Both the position numbers and the translations under genes were made by a program. From Gallionellaceae bacterium (GTDB lineage: Bacteria; Pseudomonadota; Gammaproteobacteria; Burkholderiales; Gallionellaceae), in contig JANNQM010000066.1 in NCBI GenBank assembly GCA_031400735.1, positions 8,867 through 72,866 of the forward strand: DNA of 64,000 bases, written 5' to 3'. Below the pieces are notes generated by a model that made no database searches, was not told the DNA's origin, and saw only the letters and a program-made list of their open reading frames with translations. Positions 1 through 9,004 of this stretch are shown here, one piece after another (the stretch's first letter is position 1; every line of letters begins with the position of its first letter).

Positions 1-39
1 GTGTGACTCCATTGATCATTTACTGTTGGGAGGTGAATA

Positions 40-609
40 GTGCATCGTTTAAATTGGCTGGCCATAGCCGCAATATTAATTGCATTACCGGGATGCGTGC
101 CTATCGTGGCCGTAGGCGTGGGCGCCGGAGTGTTGATGGGGGCAGATCGCCGCACTACCGGCAGCTACCTGGAAGACACCCGAATTGAAAGCCGCGCGGC
201 AAAACTGGTTCATGAGCATTTCAATAAAGATACCGTGCATGTGAACGTCACCAGCTTTAACCGCCAGGCGTTGATTACCGGCGAGGTGCCCACCGAGGAA
301 GACAAGGCGGGGATAGAAAAACTTATCAGTGGTGAGCCTAATGTCGCAAGTATCAGCAACGAGCTGGTTGTAGGGCCTCCCAGCACCTACACTACGCGCA
401 GCAATGACAGCCTGATTACCAGCAATGTAAAACTGCGTTTTGTCAGCAACAAAATTTTCCAGCCTGACCACGTAAAAGTCGTCACCGAAAATGGCGTCGT
501 CTTCCTGATGGGTCTGGTGTATCACAAAGAAGCGGACGCTGCGATCGACCTCGCCCGCAATTCAAAAGGCGTGTCGCGCGTCGTGACACTATTTGAATTC
601 CTCGATTAA
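40..609 (+). CDS. dolP: Dual BON-domain outer-membrane lipoprotein (DolP/YraP-like)
   Basis: GTG start with a GGGAGG RBS upstream. Lipobox LPGC. Two BON-like halves, and the C-terminal block VVTENGVVFLMGLV resembles E. coli YraP. Confidence 0.8.
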   Translation: MHRLNWLAIAAILIALPGCVPIVAVGVGAGVLMGADRRTTGSYLEDTRIESRAAKLVHEHFNKDTVHVNVTSFNRQALITGEVPTEEDKAGIEKLISGEPNVASISNELVVGPPSTYTTRSNDSLITSNVKLRFVSNKIFQPDHVKVVTENGVVFLMGLVYHKEADAAIDLARNSKGVSRVVTLFEFLD

Positions 610-757
610 ATAATGGGCATCTCTAAAAATCCAAACTCCGTCGCGATACTGTGTTGCTCACAAAAAATTACTCCTTACATATCATCCATATGCGGCGTCG
701 CAATTTTTTGCTCGCGCCTTGTCTCGCTTAGGATTTTGAATTTTTAGAGGTGCCCTA

Positions 758-1261
758 ATGGCTGTATCGGCAGACAGCACAGTAACAGTGGATTTCGAGC
801 GCAAGATTTGCACGCGCGACCAATTCACCGCGCGCGCCGCCGCGCTGCCGCACCCGCTGGTTTTTACCAATGGCTGTTTTGATGTGCTGCACCGCGGCCA
901 TGTGACCTATTTGGCGCAGGCTCGGGCATTAGGCGCAGCACTGGTGGTGGGCGTCAACAGCGACGCTTCGGTCAAGCGCCTGGGCAAAGGTGATGACCGG
1001 CCTCTCAACAGCGAGCAAGACCGCATGGCCGTGCTAGCTGCACTGCAAGCAGTAGACTTGGTGGTGGTGTTCGATGAAGATACTCCGCTGGCATTAATCC
1101 TTGCCTGCCGCCCGAATGTGTTGGTAAAAGGCGGCGACTGGGCGCCGGATAGCATTGTTGGCGCGCGCGAAGTGCAAGACTGGGGTGGCACTGTGCATAG
1201 CATTCCATTTTTGTATCAGCGGTCCACCACAGCGCTGGTTAAAAAGATCCGCTCCTTTTAA
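758..1261 (+). CDS. hldC: D-glycero-beta-D-manno-heptose 1-phosphate adenylyltransferase (RfaE domain II type)
   Basis: Cytidylyltransferase motif [17 protein letters not shown]. Size of 167 aa is typical of stand-alone HldC. Confidence 0.85.
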   Translation: MAVSADSTVTVDFERKICTRDQFTARAAALPHPLVFTNGCFDVLHRGHVTYLAQARALGAALVVGVNSDASVKRLGKGDDRPLNSEQDRMAVLAALQAVDLVVVFDEDTPLALILACRPNVLVKGGDWAPDSIVGAREVQDWGGTVHSIPFLYQRSTTALVKKIRSF

Positions 1262-1269
1262 ATTCGCTG

Positions 1270-1623
1270 ATGGCCACACCCACCGAAATTGTTTTACACC
1301 AGCAATCCAAGCTGCTGGAAATAGCCTTTGATGATGGCGCGCGCTGCTCATTACCGTTCGAATTTTTGCGCGTGTATTCGCCGTCGGCCGAGGTTCGCGG
1401 ACATGGGCCGGGGCAGGAAGAATTGCAGGTCGGCAAACAAAATGTAATCTTGCGCGAAGTGCAACCGGTAGGAAGTTACGCGCTAAAACTGGTGTTCGAT
1501 GATGGCCACGACAGCGGCCTGTACACTTGGGATTACCTGCACCAGCTGGGCAAGCAGCAGGATGCTTTGTGGCAGGATTATTTACACAGGCTGGAACAGG
1601 CGGGCGCAAGCCGCATCTCGTAG
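1270..1623 (+). CDS. DUF971-family protein (gamma-butyrobetaine hydroxylase-like N-terminal domain)
   Basis: 117 aa with the pattern [13 protein letters not shown]...[23 protein letters not shown], characteristic of DUF971. Confidence 0.7.
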   Translation: MATPTEIVLHQQSKLLEIAFDDGARCSLPFEFLRVYSPSAEVRGHGPGQEELQVGKQNVILREVQPVGSYALKLVFDDGHDSGLYTWDYLHQLGKQQDALWQDYLHRLEQAGASRIS

Positions 1624-1714
1624 GCTGGTGGTGCGGCACGAACCCCAGCTTTGCCTGATCCGAACATGCTGGGGTTCGCGGCGCTCACCGCCAGCCTACA
1701 ACGAAGGAAATCAC

Positions 1715-2449
1715 ATGACCAAAACCACCCATTTCGGTTTCGAAACCGTCGAAGAAAAAGAAAAAGCCCGGCGCGTCGCCGGTGTGTTCACCTCGGTCGC
1801 CGACAAATACGACATCATGAACGACCTGATGTCAGTCGGCCTGCACCGGCTGTGGAAGCGTTTTGCGGTCAGCGTCAGCGGCGTGCGCGAAGGCCAGCGC
1901 GTGCTGGACGTGGCCGGCGGCTCGGCCGATTTGTCGCGGTTGTTCCTGAAAAAAGTCGGCGTCAGCGGTCAAGTCATCCTGACCGACATCAACAATGCCA
2001 TGCTGCGCACCGGCCGCGACCGGCTGATTGACGAAGGCATCGCCACCCCGGTCGCCCAATGCGATGCCGAACACCTGCCTTTCCCCGATAATCATTTCGA
2101 CTGCGTCAGCATCGCCTTCGGCCTGCGCAACGTCACCCACAAAAATGTCGCGCTGCGCGAAATGCAGCGCGTGCTCAAACCCGGCGGGCGGTTGATCGTG
2201 CTGGAATTTTCCAAAGTCGCCAAGCCGTTGGAAAAAATTTACGATGCTTATTCATTTACGCTGCTGCCAAAAATCGGGCAGCTGATCGCCAAGGATGCCG
2301 ACAGCTATCGCTACCTGGCTGAATCCATTCGCATGCATCCGGGGCAGGAAGAATTAAAGAGCATGATGGAAGTGGCGGGGCTGGGCAGGGTGGAGTATTT
2401 CAACATGACGGGCGGGGTGGTGGCGGTGCACCGGGGGTATAAGCTTTGA
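1715..2449 (+). CDS. ubiE: Ubiquinone/menaquinone biosynthesis C-methyltransferase UbiE
   Basis: [12 protein letters not shown]...[26 protein letters not shown] with SAM motif [13 protein letters not shown] at 1715 chosen; the ORF-track upstream extension from 1499 is non-homologous. Confidence 0.9.
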   Translation: MTKTTHFGFETVEEKEKARRVAGVFTSVADKYDIMNDLMSVGLHRLWKRFAVSVSGVREGQRVLDVAGGSADLSRLFLKKVGVSGQVILTDINNAMLRTGRDRLIDEGIATPVAQCDAEHLPFPDNHFDCVSIAFGLRNVTHKNVALREMQRVLKPGGRLIVLEFSKVAKPLEKIYDAYSFTLLPKIGQLIAKDADSYRYLAESIRMHPGQEELKSMMEVAGLGRVEYFNMTGGVVAVHRGYKL

Positions 2450-2458
2450 TAGGAGCAA

Positions 2459-2656
2459 ATGATGAACAAAGAACGTAAGCTCGAAGCGGAAATCTTGGCC
2501 TCGTTTGAAAGGGGTGAATGGCAACCTGCGCCAAATGGTAAGAATCCAATCGCGCGCTTTTCAGAAATAGCCTCAACATTCCTAACCAAAATCCAGCCTG
2601 ACAAAATTCGAACTTCTTCTATCCACGCACTAGGCTTTAGGAAAAGGCGTAAGTGA
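2459..2656 (+). pseudogene. Truncated CopG/RHH-type antitoxin-like gene; only the N-terminal half is recognisable
   Basis: N-terminus ...EAEILASFERGEWQPAPNGKN matches the ERGEW-type antitoxin N-terminus. Reading ends after IRTSSIHALGFRKRRK, before the usual ribbon-helix-helix C-terminus. Confidence 0.45.
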
Positions 2657-2688
2657 TTGTAAATGCATTACTGAGAGGTGCTTGATTC

Positions 2689-3465
2689 ATGATGATCCGA
2701 GATTATTTCAATTCGCTTGCAGACGTTCTCGCCGCTGGCAGCAAGTCAGCATCCTTCAGTCATCATCGGCCAGATAGTGGAGCCAACCGCGAAGATTTGC
2801 TTATAAACCTGCTGAATGACCATTTGCCCGATCGCCTGAAAGCATTTGCGGGAGGCAAGATTGTGAATCTTGAAGGAAAGCTTTCAAAACAAATAGACGT
2901 AATAGTGAAAAACGATCTTTTCCCACGATTTGATCAGCACGGCAAGAGTTGCGTCATCACTGAAAGTGTCGCAGGAGTAATTTCGGTAAGGTCACACCTC
3001 GACACGACCGGGCTTATTGAAACCATTGAGAACGTGGCTAGCGTTCCTAGATTCTCTGACGTCACCCTATCACTATCCAATTCATCAATAGTAAGGAATG
3101 GTCTTCAATCAGAGTTTGTAACCAATTGGCCTTTCAGGGCAATCTTTGCTTACGACAGCATTGACTCAGACACTCTTTACAAGCACGCGCTAACGTATTA
3201 CAACGCGCATGCGGCACGCATCGGAGTCTTTCCGGAAATGATTGTTGTGAACAAAAAAATATGTATTAGGTTTTTGCGAAACGGTGGGACACGCAGCGAT
3301 GGCACACCGCTACCAGTTAATTCAATGAACCCAGTATTGCTATCAGATAAGACACAGGGCTATCCGATTGCTGGAATGATAACCATCCTTAATGACTACG
3401 TCGCTTGGATGCACTACATGAAATTCAATTTTTCGCCATACATTGACCGAGCATATTTAACCTAA
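2689..3465 (+). CDS. Hypothetical protein with a DUF6602-like (putative PD-(D/E)xK-like) N-terminal domain
   Basis: 258-aa clean ORF. Pattern SGANREDLLINLLNDHLPDRL...GGKIVNLEGKLSKQIDVIVKN...ESVAGVISVRSHL recalls DUF6602. By eye it is more AT-rich than the flanking genes. Confidence 0.55.
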   Translation: MMIRDYFNSLADVLAAGSKSASFSHHRPDSGANREDLLINLLNDHLPDRLKAFAGGKIVNLEGKLSKQIDVIVKNDLFPRFDQHGKSCVITESVAGVISVRSHLDTTGLIETIENVASVPRFSDVTLSLSNSSIVRNGLQSEFVTNWPFRAIFAYDSIDSDTLYKHALTYYNAHAARIGVFPEMIVVNKKICIRFLRNGGTRSDGTPLPVNSMNPVLLSDKTQGYPIAGMITILNDYVAWMHYMKFNFSPYIDRAYLT

Positions 3466-3537
3466 GGACGGTAGGCTGGACTAAGGAACGAACCCAGCGG
3501 AAATTGGCATTTCTCCCTTATGCCTAAAGTAACCCCC

Positions 3538-3566
3538 TTGTCGCCGCACTACAATGTAGTTATACT
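3538..3566 (+). promoter_or_regulatory. Putative brnTA promoter with overlapping palindromic operator
   Basis: TTGTCG (3538-3543), 17-nt spacer, TATACT (3561-3566). The 13-bp palindrome ACTACAATGTAGT (3548-3560) abuts the -10. The brnT ATG is 6 nt after the -10. Confidence 0.45.
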
Positions 3567-3572
3567 GCGCGC

Positions 3573-3851
3573 ATGAGCACACTTCGCTTTGAATGGGATG
3601 ACCGGAAAGCGGCCGCTAATGCAAAAAAGCATGGCGTGAGATTTGAGGAAGCCAAATCCGTTTTCGTTGACGAACGCGCCAAGCTGATTGACGATCCCGA
3701 CCATTCAGAATCCGAAGACCGCTTCGTTATTCTTGGCCTGAGCAGCGCGATTCGGCTGCTATTGGTTTGTCACTGCTACCGGGAAGGCAATGTCATTCGC
3801 ATTATCTCCGCTCGCAAGGCAACGGCCAAGGAATCCAGAAATTATCCATAG
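3573..3851 (+). CDS. brnT: BrnT-family (DUF497) type II toxin
   Basis: FEWDDRKAAANAKKHGVRFEEAKSVF...RFVILG...IRIISARKATAKE is the canonical BrnT pattern. Confidence 0.85.
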   Translation: MSTLRFEWDDRKAAANAKKHGVRFEEAKSVFVDERAKLIDDPDHSESEDRFVILGLSSAIRLLLVCHCYREGNVIRIISARKATAKESRNYP

Positions 3852-3860
3852 AGGTGTCAT

Positions 3861-4070
3861 ATGCGAAAAGAATACGATTTCTCCGCTGCCAGAAAAAACC
3901 CTTACGCAGCACAGCTAAAAAAACAAATCACCATTCGGCTCGATGAAGAGTCGATCTCATACTTTAAGGCAATTTCCGAGGAGGTTGGTGTTCCGTACCA
4001 AAGTCTGATTAACCTGTATTTACGCGACTGTGCGGCCTCCCATCGCAAGCTTAATCTCAATTGGAAGTAA
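3861..4070 (+). CDS. brnA: BrnA-family antitoxin (CopG/RHH)
   Basis: MRKEYDFSAARKNPYA...ITIRLDEESISYFKAISEEVGVPYQSLINLYLRD. Starts 9 nt after the brnT stop. Confidence 0.85.
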   Translation: MRKEYDFSAARKNPYAAQLKKQITIRLDEESISYFKAISEEVGVPYQSLINLYLRDCAASHRKLNLNWK

Positions 4071-4193
4071 TATTTTTGTTGTCGTAGAAACTAGCCCTGC
4101 TTAAGCAGGGCTTCCCTACCTCGCACACATACCGGTCTGGCACCATCCGCATTATCAGTGTCCGGCGAATGACCCGTATTGAAAGGAAAATAT

Positions 4194-4439
4194 ATGAAGA
4201 AAATTAAAGATGAAATGCGCGTAGAGTACAAATCTTCCGACTTTACAAAACTTGAGCGCGGGAAGTACTTTAAGCAGGTTACCAAGGGCACGAATGTTGT
4301 GTTGCTTGACCCAGCAATAGCCAAGGCCTTTCCCACCTCTGCAGCAGTAAATGAAGCTTTGGGCAATCTACTTACGCTTACCGAACAAACCGTCCGCCTG
4401 ACAGGTCGCAGCAAACGGCCCACCCGTAAACTTGCGTAG
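4194..4439 (+). CDS. Small orphan antitoxin-like protein
   Basis: ATG at 4194 preceded by AGGA. N-terminus MRVEYKSSDFTKLERGKY parallels BrnA MRKEYDFSAARKNPY. No adjacent toxin ORF. Confidence 0.45.
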   Translation: MKKIKDEMRVEYKSSDFTKLERGKYFKQVTKGTNVVLLDPAIAKAFPTSAAVNEALGNLLTLTEQTVRLTGRSKRPTRKLA

Positions 4440-4579
4440 AGTGAATTGACGCCAAGTTAAGCAAGCTGCATGGGGTATCCCCGATGCAAAGTAACTACTG
4501 TGGCGCTTCCCACAGAATGCAACCCCCCGCCAATGCTATACTCCACCCGCTTTGTTTAACGCTAACCATGAGGATTCCC

Positions 4580-5413
4580 ATGAAACGATTTTTGATGTTT
4601 TTGACAATTGCATTAACCAGTTTGAGTTTGCTTGCCACCACAGCAGAGGCCCGGCGTTTCGGCGGGGGCGGCAGTTTTGGCAAGCAGCGTTCGGTGGCAC
4701 CGCAACAACCCCAGAAGACAACGGCTGCACCGGCTCCGGGTGCTACACCGGCACAGCCTGCAGGCAATAGATGGCTTGGGCCATTGGCCGGGTTGGCGAT
4801 TGGGGCGGGCTTGGCCTCGATGTTTGCCGGGGGTGGCTTGGGTGGGGCGATGGGTGGAATTTTGATGGCGCTGCTTGCCGCCGGGCTGGTGATGTTTTTG
4901 ATTGCTAAATTCCGCAAGCCGCAACCTGCGATGCAATATGCCGGGGCGAGCCCTTATGGCAATTCCCAAGCCATACCACAGGCCATACCGCAGTCCATGT
5001 CTGCCAGCCCGCTCGGCGCGGCGCCTGTGGCAAACAACATCCCGCCCGATTTCCCGGTGGAAAGTTTTTTGCGTAGCGCCAAGACTTCGTTCATTCGCCT
5101 GCAGGCTGCGAATGACCGCAAGGATCTGGATGACATTCGCGAATACACGACGCCTGAAATGTTTGCCGAAGTTGCTATGCAATTGCAGGAGCGTGATAAC
5201 TCGCCGCAGAAAACCGATGTCATCACAATCAATGGCGACCTGCTGGAGGTGGTGACCGAAGGGGAATATGCGATTGCCAGTGTGCGCTTCACCGGCCAGC
5301 TGCGTGAGAACAATGCCGCGCCGGAAAGCGTGGATGAAATCTGGCATGTGCAGAAAAATCTGCGCGACGACAAGGCGGTGTGGTTATTGTCAGGGATTCA
5401 GCAAGCTTCTTGA
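4580..5413 (+). CDS. Tim44-like domain membrane protein
   Basis: Signal/TM segment, Gly-rich TM region, and a C-terminal Tim44-like block (REYTTPEMFAEV...WLLSGIQQ). ATG at 4580 with GAGGA upstream. Sits in the usual betaproteobacterial position between ubiE and ubiJ. Confidence 0.8.
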   Translation: MKRFLMFLTIALTSLSLLATTAEARRFGGGGSFGKQRSVAPQQPQKTTAAPAPGATPAQPAGNRWLGPLAGLAIGAGLASMFAGGGLGGAMGGILMALLAAGLVMFLIAKFRKPQPAMQYAGASPYGNSQAIPQAIPQSMSASPLGAAPVANNIPPDFPVESFLRSAKTSFIRLQAANDRKDLDDIREYTTPEMFAEVAMQLQERDNSPQKTDVITINGDLLEVVTEGEYAIASVRFTGQLRENNAAPESVDEIWHVQKNLRDDKAVWLLSGIQQAS

Positions 5414-5416
5414 GCC

Positions 5417-5989
5417 ATGCTGGCCCGTTCTGCCGCCGCCACACTGAACCACCTGCTGACCCAAAGTGGCTGGGCCTTGCCACGGCTGGCGCGCTTTGCC
5501 GGTAAAACGGCGCGGTTTGATATCACGCCGTTTTCTGTTTCTTTTACTATTCTGGATGACGGCACGTTGCGCGCGGCCGCGCCCGATGACAGCGCAGATA
5601 CGCATTGTGTAATCGCACCGACCTTGTTGCCCCGGCTGGCACTGCATGACGAAAAGGCGCACAGTGAAATTATCAGCACCGGTGATGCCGCCTTGCTCTC
5701 GGAAATTTTTTATCTGAGCCGTCATCTGCGCTGGGACGCGGCTGAAGATTTGAGCCGGGTGACTGGCGATATTGCCGCCGAACGCATAACGGGATTAGCC
5801 AAGGCAGCTCAGCAACAGGTGCGCGAGACTGCGCTTAACTTGTCGCAAGCCATGGCCGAATATTGGACCGAGGAGCGCCCGTTATTGGCTAAAGCTATTC
5901 ATGTGACGGGATTTGTGCGCCAGGTGGATACGCTACGCGACGATGTGGCGCGGCTGGAACAACGCATTAATCTTTTGAAGCAGCCTTGA
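5417..5989 (+). CDS. ubiJ: Ubiquinone biosynthesis accessory factor UbiJ (SCP2 domain)
   Basis: SCP2-like N-terminal half and a coiled C-terminus. Position between ubiE and ubiB matches the E. coli ubiE-ubiJ-ubiB order. Confidence 0.8.
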   Translation: MLARSAAATLNHLLTQSGWALPRLARFAGKTARFDITPFSVSFTILDDGTLRAAAPDDSADTHCVIAPTLLPRLALHDEKAHSEIISTGDAALLSEIFYLSRHLRWDAAEDLSRVTGDIAAERITGLAKAAQQQVRETALNLSQAMAEYWTEERPLLAKAIHVTGFVRQVDTLRDDVARLEQRINLLKQP

Positions 5990-5996
5990 ATTTGCG

Positions 5997-7514
5997 ATGC
6001 GCCTGTTACGTCTGCTAAAAATAATTGTGGTCATCCTGCGCTTCGGGCTGGACGAATTCCTGCTGGCGCATTCGCGCACGCGTTGGCTGCTGGCCCCGCT
6101 TAACTTCGTGCTATTCACTCGTGACCTTTCTTCTCCCCGCGCAAAAAGATTGCGCCTGGCTTTGGAAAATCTGGGGCCGATTTTCGTCAAATTCGGCCAG
6201 ATGCTGTCCACGCGGCGCGACTTGATGCCGACTGACATCGCTGATGAGCTGGCCAAATTGCAAGATCAGGTGCCGCCTTTCCCCTCCGAGCTCGCGGTAG
6301 CGATACTGGAAAATATCTACAAACGAAATTTGCTGGATGTTTTCAGCAGCTTTGATGTGGTGCCGGTCGCCAGCGCTTCGGTGGCACAGGTGCACTTTGC
6401 CGTGTTGCCGGATGGGCGCGAGGTGGCTGTCAAAATTTTGCGTCCCGGCATTGTCAATATCATCACGCACGATGTCGCGCTGCTGGAAGTTTGCGCCGGG
6501 CTGCTGGAGCGGTGGTGGAAGGACGGCAAGCGGCTTAAACCAAAATTGGTGGTAGCAGAATTTGAAAAGCATTTGCTGGACGAGCTGGACCTGATGCGCG
6601 AAGCGGCATGCGCCAGCCAGCTAAAGCGTAATTTCGCCAATTCCACTTTGCTGCTGGTGCCGGAAGTGTACTGGGACTGGTGCTCGACCGAAGTGATGGT
6701 GATGGAGCGCATGCATGGCATTCCGATCAGCCACATCAGCGTGCTGCGCGAGGCCGGCATAGACATCGCGCAGCTGGCAGCCAATGGGGTGGAAATTTTT
6801 TACACGCAGGTTTTCCGTGACAGTTTTTTTCATGCCGACATGCATCCCGGCAATGTACAGGTGGCGGCGGATGGCCGCTACATCGCGCTGGATTTCGGCA
6901 TCATGGGCACGCTCACCGAGACCGATAAAAATTATCTGGCGCATAACTTTCTGGCTTTTTTCCGGCGTGATTACCGGCGTGTTGCGCAGGTCCACATAGA
7001 GTCCGGCTGGGCACCGGCGGATACCCGTGTGGATGAGTTGGAATCGGCCATACGTGCCGTGTGCGAGCCTATCTTTGACAAGCCGTTGCGCGAGGTTTCT
7101 TTCGGGCGCGTGCTGTTGCGGCTGTTCCAGACTTCGCGCCGCTTCGGCATCGAGATTCAACCGCAACTGGTGCTGCTGCAAAAAACGCTGCTCAACATTG
7201 AAGGCCTGGGGCTGCAACTCGATCCGGAGCTGGATTTGTGGAAGACCGCGATGCCGTGGCTGGAACGCTGGATGAAGGAACAAGTTGGCTGGCGTGGCTT
7301 GCTGAAAAACCTGAAGGCCGAAGCGCCGCAATACGCGACCTTGCTGCCGCAATTACCGCGCCTGTTGCACCAGCGCATGAGCATTAATCCTGCGACCGGG
7401 ATAGAAAATGTATTGCGTGGCATTGCTGAGCAACAAAGAAGAGGAAATACGTTGCTGGCGCTGGTTGCTGTGCTGATGCTAGGGTTGCTGGTTTGGATTG
7501 TTTTTACCGGATAA
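5997..7514 (+). CDS. ubiB: Ubiquinone biosynthesis regulatory protein kinase UbiB
   Basis: ABC1/UbiB kinase-like motifs ([34 protein letters not shown]) with C-terminal TM helices. Confidence 0.92.
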   Translation: MRLLRLLKIIVVILRFGLDEFLLAHSRTRWLLAPLNFVLFTRDLSSPRAKRLRLALENLGPIFVKFGQMLSTRRDLMPTDIADELAKLQDQVPPFPSELAVAILENIYKRNLLDVFSSFDVVPVASASVAQVHFAVLPDGREVAVKILRPGIVNIITHDVALLEVCAGLLERWWKDGKRLKPKLVVAEFEKHLLDELDLMREAACASQLKRNFANSTLLLVPEVYWDWCSTEVMVMERMHGIPISHISVLREAGIDIAQLAANGVEIFYTQVFRDSFFHADMHPGNVQVAADGRYIALDFGIMGTLTETDKNYLAHNFLAFFRRDYRRVAQVHIESGWAPADTRVDELESAIRAVCEPIFDKPLREVSFGRVLLRLFQTSRRFGIEIQPQLVLLQKTLLNIEGLGLQLDPELDLWKTAMPWLERWMKEQVGWRGLLKNLKAEAPQYATLLPQLPRLLHQRMSINPATGIENVLRGIAEQQRRGNTLLALVAVLMLGLLVWIVFTG

Positions 7515-7544
7515 AGTTACCCAGCATTAAAGAGCACCTGGGAG

Positions 7545-8981
7545 GTGAGCATTAATATCCGTCTGCTAATGGCATTCTTGATTGTGCTGCTGGCCTTGAT
7601 GCTAGGCGTAGATTATTGGCTGAGCCCCAACTCGGCTTTGCAGCCGTTCCTGGCGGGCAGCGGACTTCTAATCCTGATCGCACTGGCCTGGTTGGGAAAT
7701 AAATTTATTTTTCACCCTTTGCTACGGCTCCGCGCTGGTAGCCAGCGTTTGGCTGCGGGAGATTTCAGCCAGCTGGTTGAACAGGCTTATGGCAAGGAAA
7801 TCAGCACCGTCGTTAGCGCATTTAATAACATGGCCGGGCAATTCCAGGCCCTGCTGCGCCTCCAGGACAATTCTATACGCGAACAGTCAATGGAATTGGC
7901 CAACCTGGTGGAAATGAGCCAATTGGTGAATTCGTCCGCCACGGAACGGGAAATGCTTCAGCAGTTTGTAAAGTCTCTCGCTGATTCAGCCAAAGTAACC
8001 TGGTGCCGCATTGCGATATTAGATATATCCGCCACCAAACTCGAGGTGCGAGCGGTTCATTCGGCAAGACATCTCCCTGAGGTGCAATTACTACCAACCC
8101 AAGTGACGGAAGAACAATGCCCCATGTTATGGCGCTTCATACACAGCAAGCAATTCGGCCTGTTGCAGCGGCACGATAATTTAAGTGCCAGCGAATCGGC
8201 ATTGCTGTTTGGCTACCAGGAAACGAATGTCCTGTGCATTCCTATTGTGCATAAGGAGCGGGCCCAAGGCATGGCTATTTTTGGCGAATTCAGGTCGAGC
8301 GAACGTGATCCGGTGAATGATCGCAAGATTGCATTGTGCCTGGCCATGGTAAATATGATAGGCATCTCTACAGAGCTCGGCCGTCTGTTCTCGCGCCTCC
8401 AAGACCATACAGAGGAAACCGTACTAGGCATGGCGGAAACAGTAGAGAAAAAATCGCCGTGGACGGCTGGCCACTCTAAACGGGTCACAAGCTATGCTCT
8501 TGTTATAGGTAACGCCCTAGGCTGGAACGAGAAGGAGCTGGCAGGGTTAAAAATAGTGGGATTGTTACATGACATTGGTAAAATCGGTGTGCCGTCCTCC
8601 ATTCTCAACAAGGCCGGCAGACTGACGGAAGAAGAATATACCATCGTCAAACGTCACCCGGATGATGGCGCCCAAATCCTTTCTAAAATGCACCTGTTTC
8701 ACGAGTTTATTCCCGCCATACGTCATCACCATGAATGGTACAACGGCCAAGGCTATCCCAGCAATTTGCGCGGGACGGAAATTCCATTGGCTGCACGCGT
8801 CCTTGCAGTAGCCGATGCCTTTGATGCTATGACCGCAGACCGTCCTTACCGCAAGGGAATGCCCGACGAGGTAGCAATGCACCGCCTGCAAGAGGCAATA
8901 GGCGAGCAATTTGATCCCGACATTGTGGAAGCATTCACGCGCGCCTACCCACATCGTCAATATACATCCGCTTCTGCTTAA
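7545..8981 (+). CDS. HAMP-GAF-HD-GYP domain protein (putative c-di-GMP phosphodiesterase)
   Basis: N-terminal TM segments plus HAMP (AAGDFSQLV...NNMAGQF). HD-GYP signature LLHDIGKIGVP...HHEWYNGQGYP. GTG start is uncertain. Confidence 0.85.
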   Translation: MSINIRLLMAFLIVLLALMLGVDYWLSPNSALQPFLAGSGLLILIALAWLGNKFIFHPLLRLRAGSQRLAAGDFSQLVEQAYGKEISTVVSAFNNMAGQFQALLRLQDNSIREQSMELANLVEMSQLVNSSATEREMLQQFVKSLADSAKVTWCRIAILDISATKLEVRAVHSARHLPEVQLLPTQVTEEQCPMLWRFIHSKQFGLLQRHDNLSASESALLFGYQETNVLCIPIVHKERAQGMAIFGEFRSSERDPVNDRKIALCLAMVNMIGISTELGRLFSRLQDHTEETVLGMAETVEKKSPWTAGHSKRVTSYALVIGNALGWNEKELAGLKIVGLLHDIGKIGVPSSILNKAGRLTEEEYTIVKRHPDDGAQILSKMHLFHEFIPAIRHHHEWYNGQGYPSNLRGTEIPLAARVLAVADAFDAMTADRPYRKGMPDEVAMHRLQEAIGEQFDPDIVEAFTRAYPHRQYTSASA

Positions 8982-9004
8982 GGGTGCGGTTCAAGGTTTA
9001 TTAA

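Noticed and set aside
1499-1714. N-terminal extensions proposed by the ORF track. Affected genes include ubiE, the Tim44-like gene, the symporter, livF, livG, ridA, the HAD gene, dnaA, mnmG, the OMF, and the 58062 ORF.
   Set aside because: In each case the extension is non-homologous or overlaps the upstream gene, a repeat or the tRNA. An internal ATG, usually with a plausible RBS where I checked, coincides with the start of family-typical sequence.
4093-4112. Perfect hairpin AGCCCTGC-TTAA-GCAGGGCT after brnA as a rho-independent terminator
   Set aside because: No U-tract follows it on either strand. It may still be a structural or processing element, but a terminator call is not supported.
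4091-4423. 110-aa minus-strand ORF opposite the small antitoxin-like gene
   Set aside because: It has no RBS and no recognisable motifs, and it fully overlaps the plus-strand ORF, which has an AGGA RBS and an antitoxin-like N-terminus.
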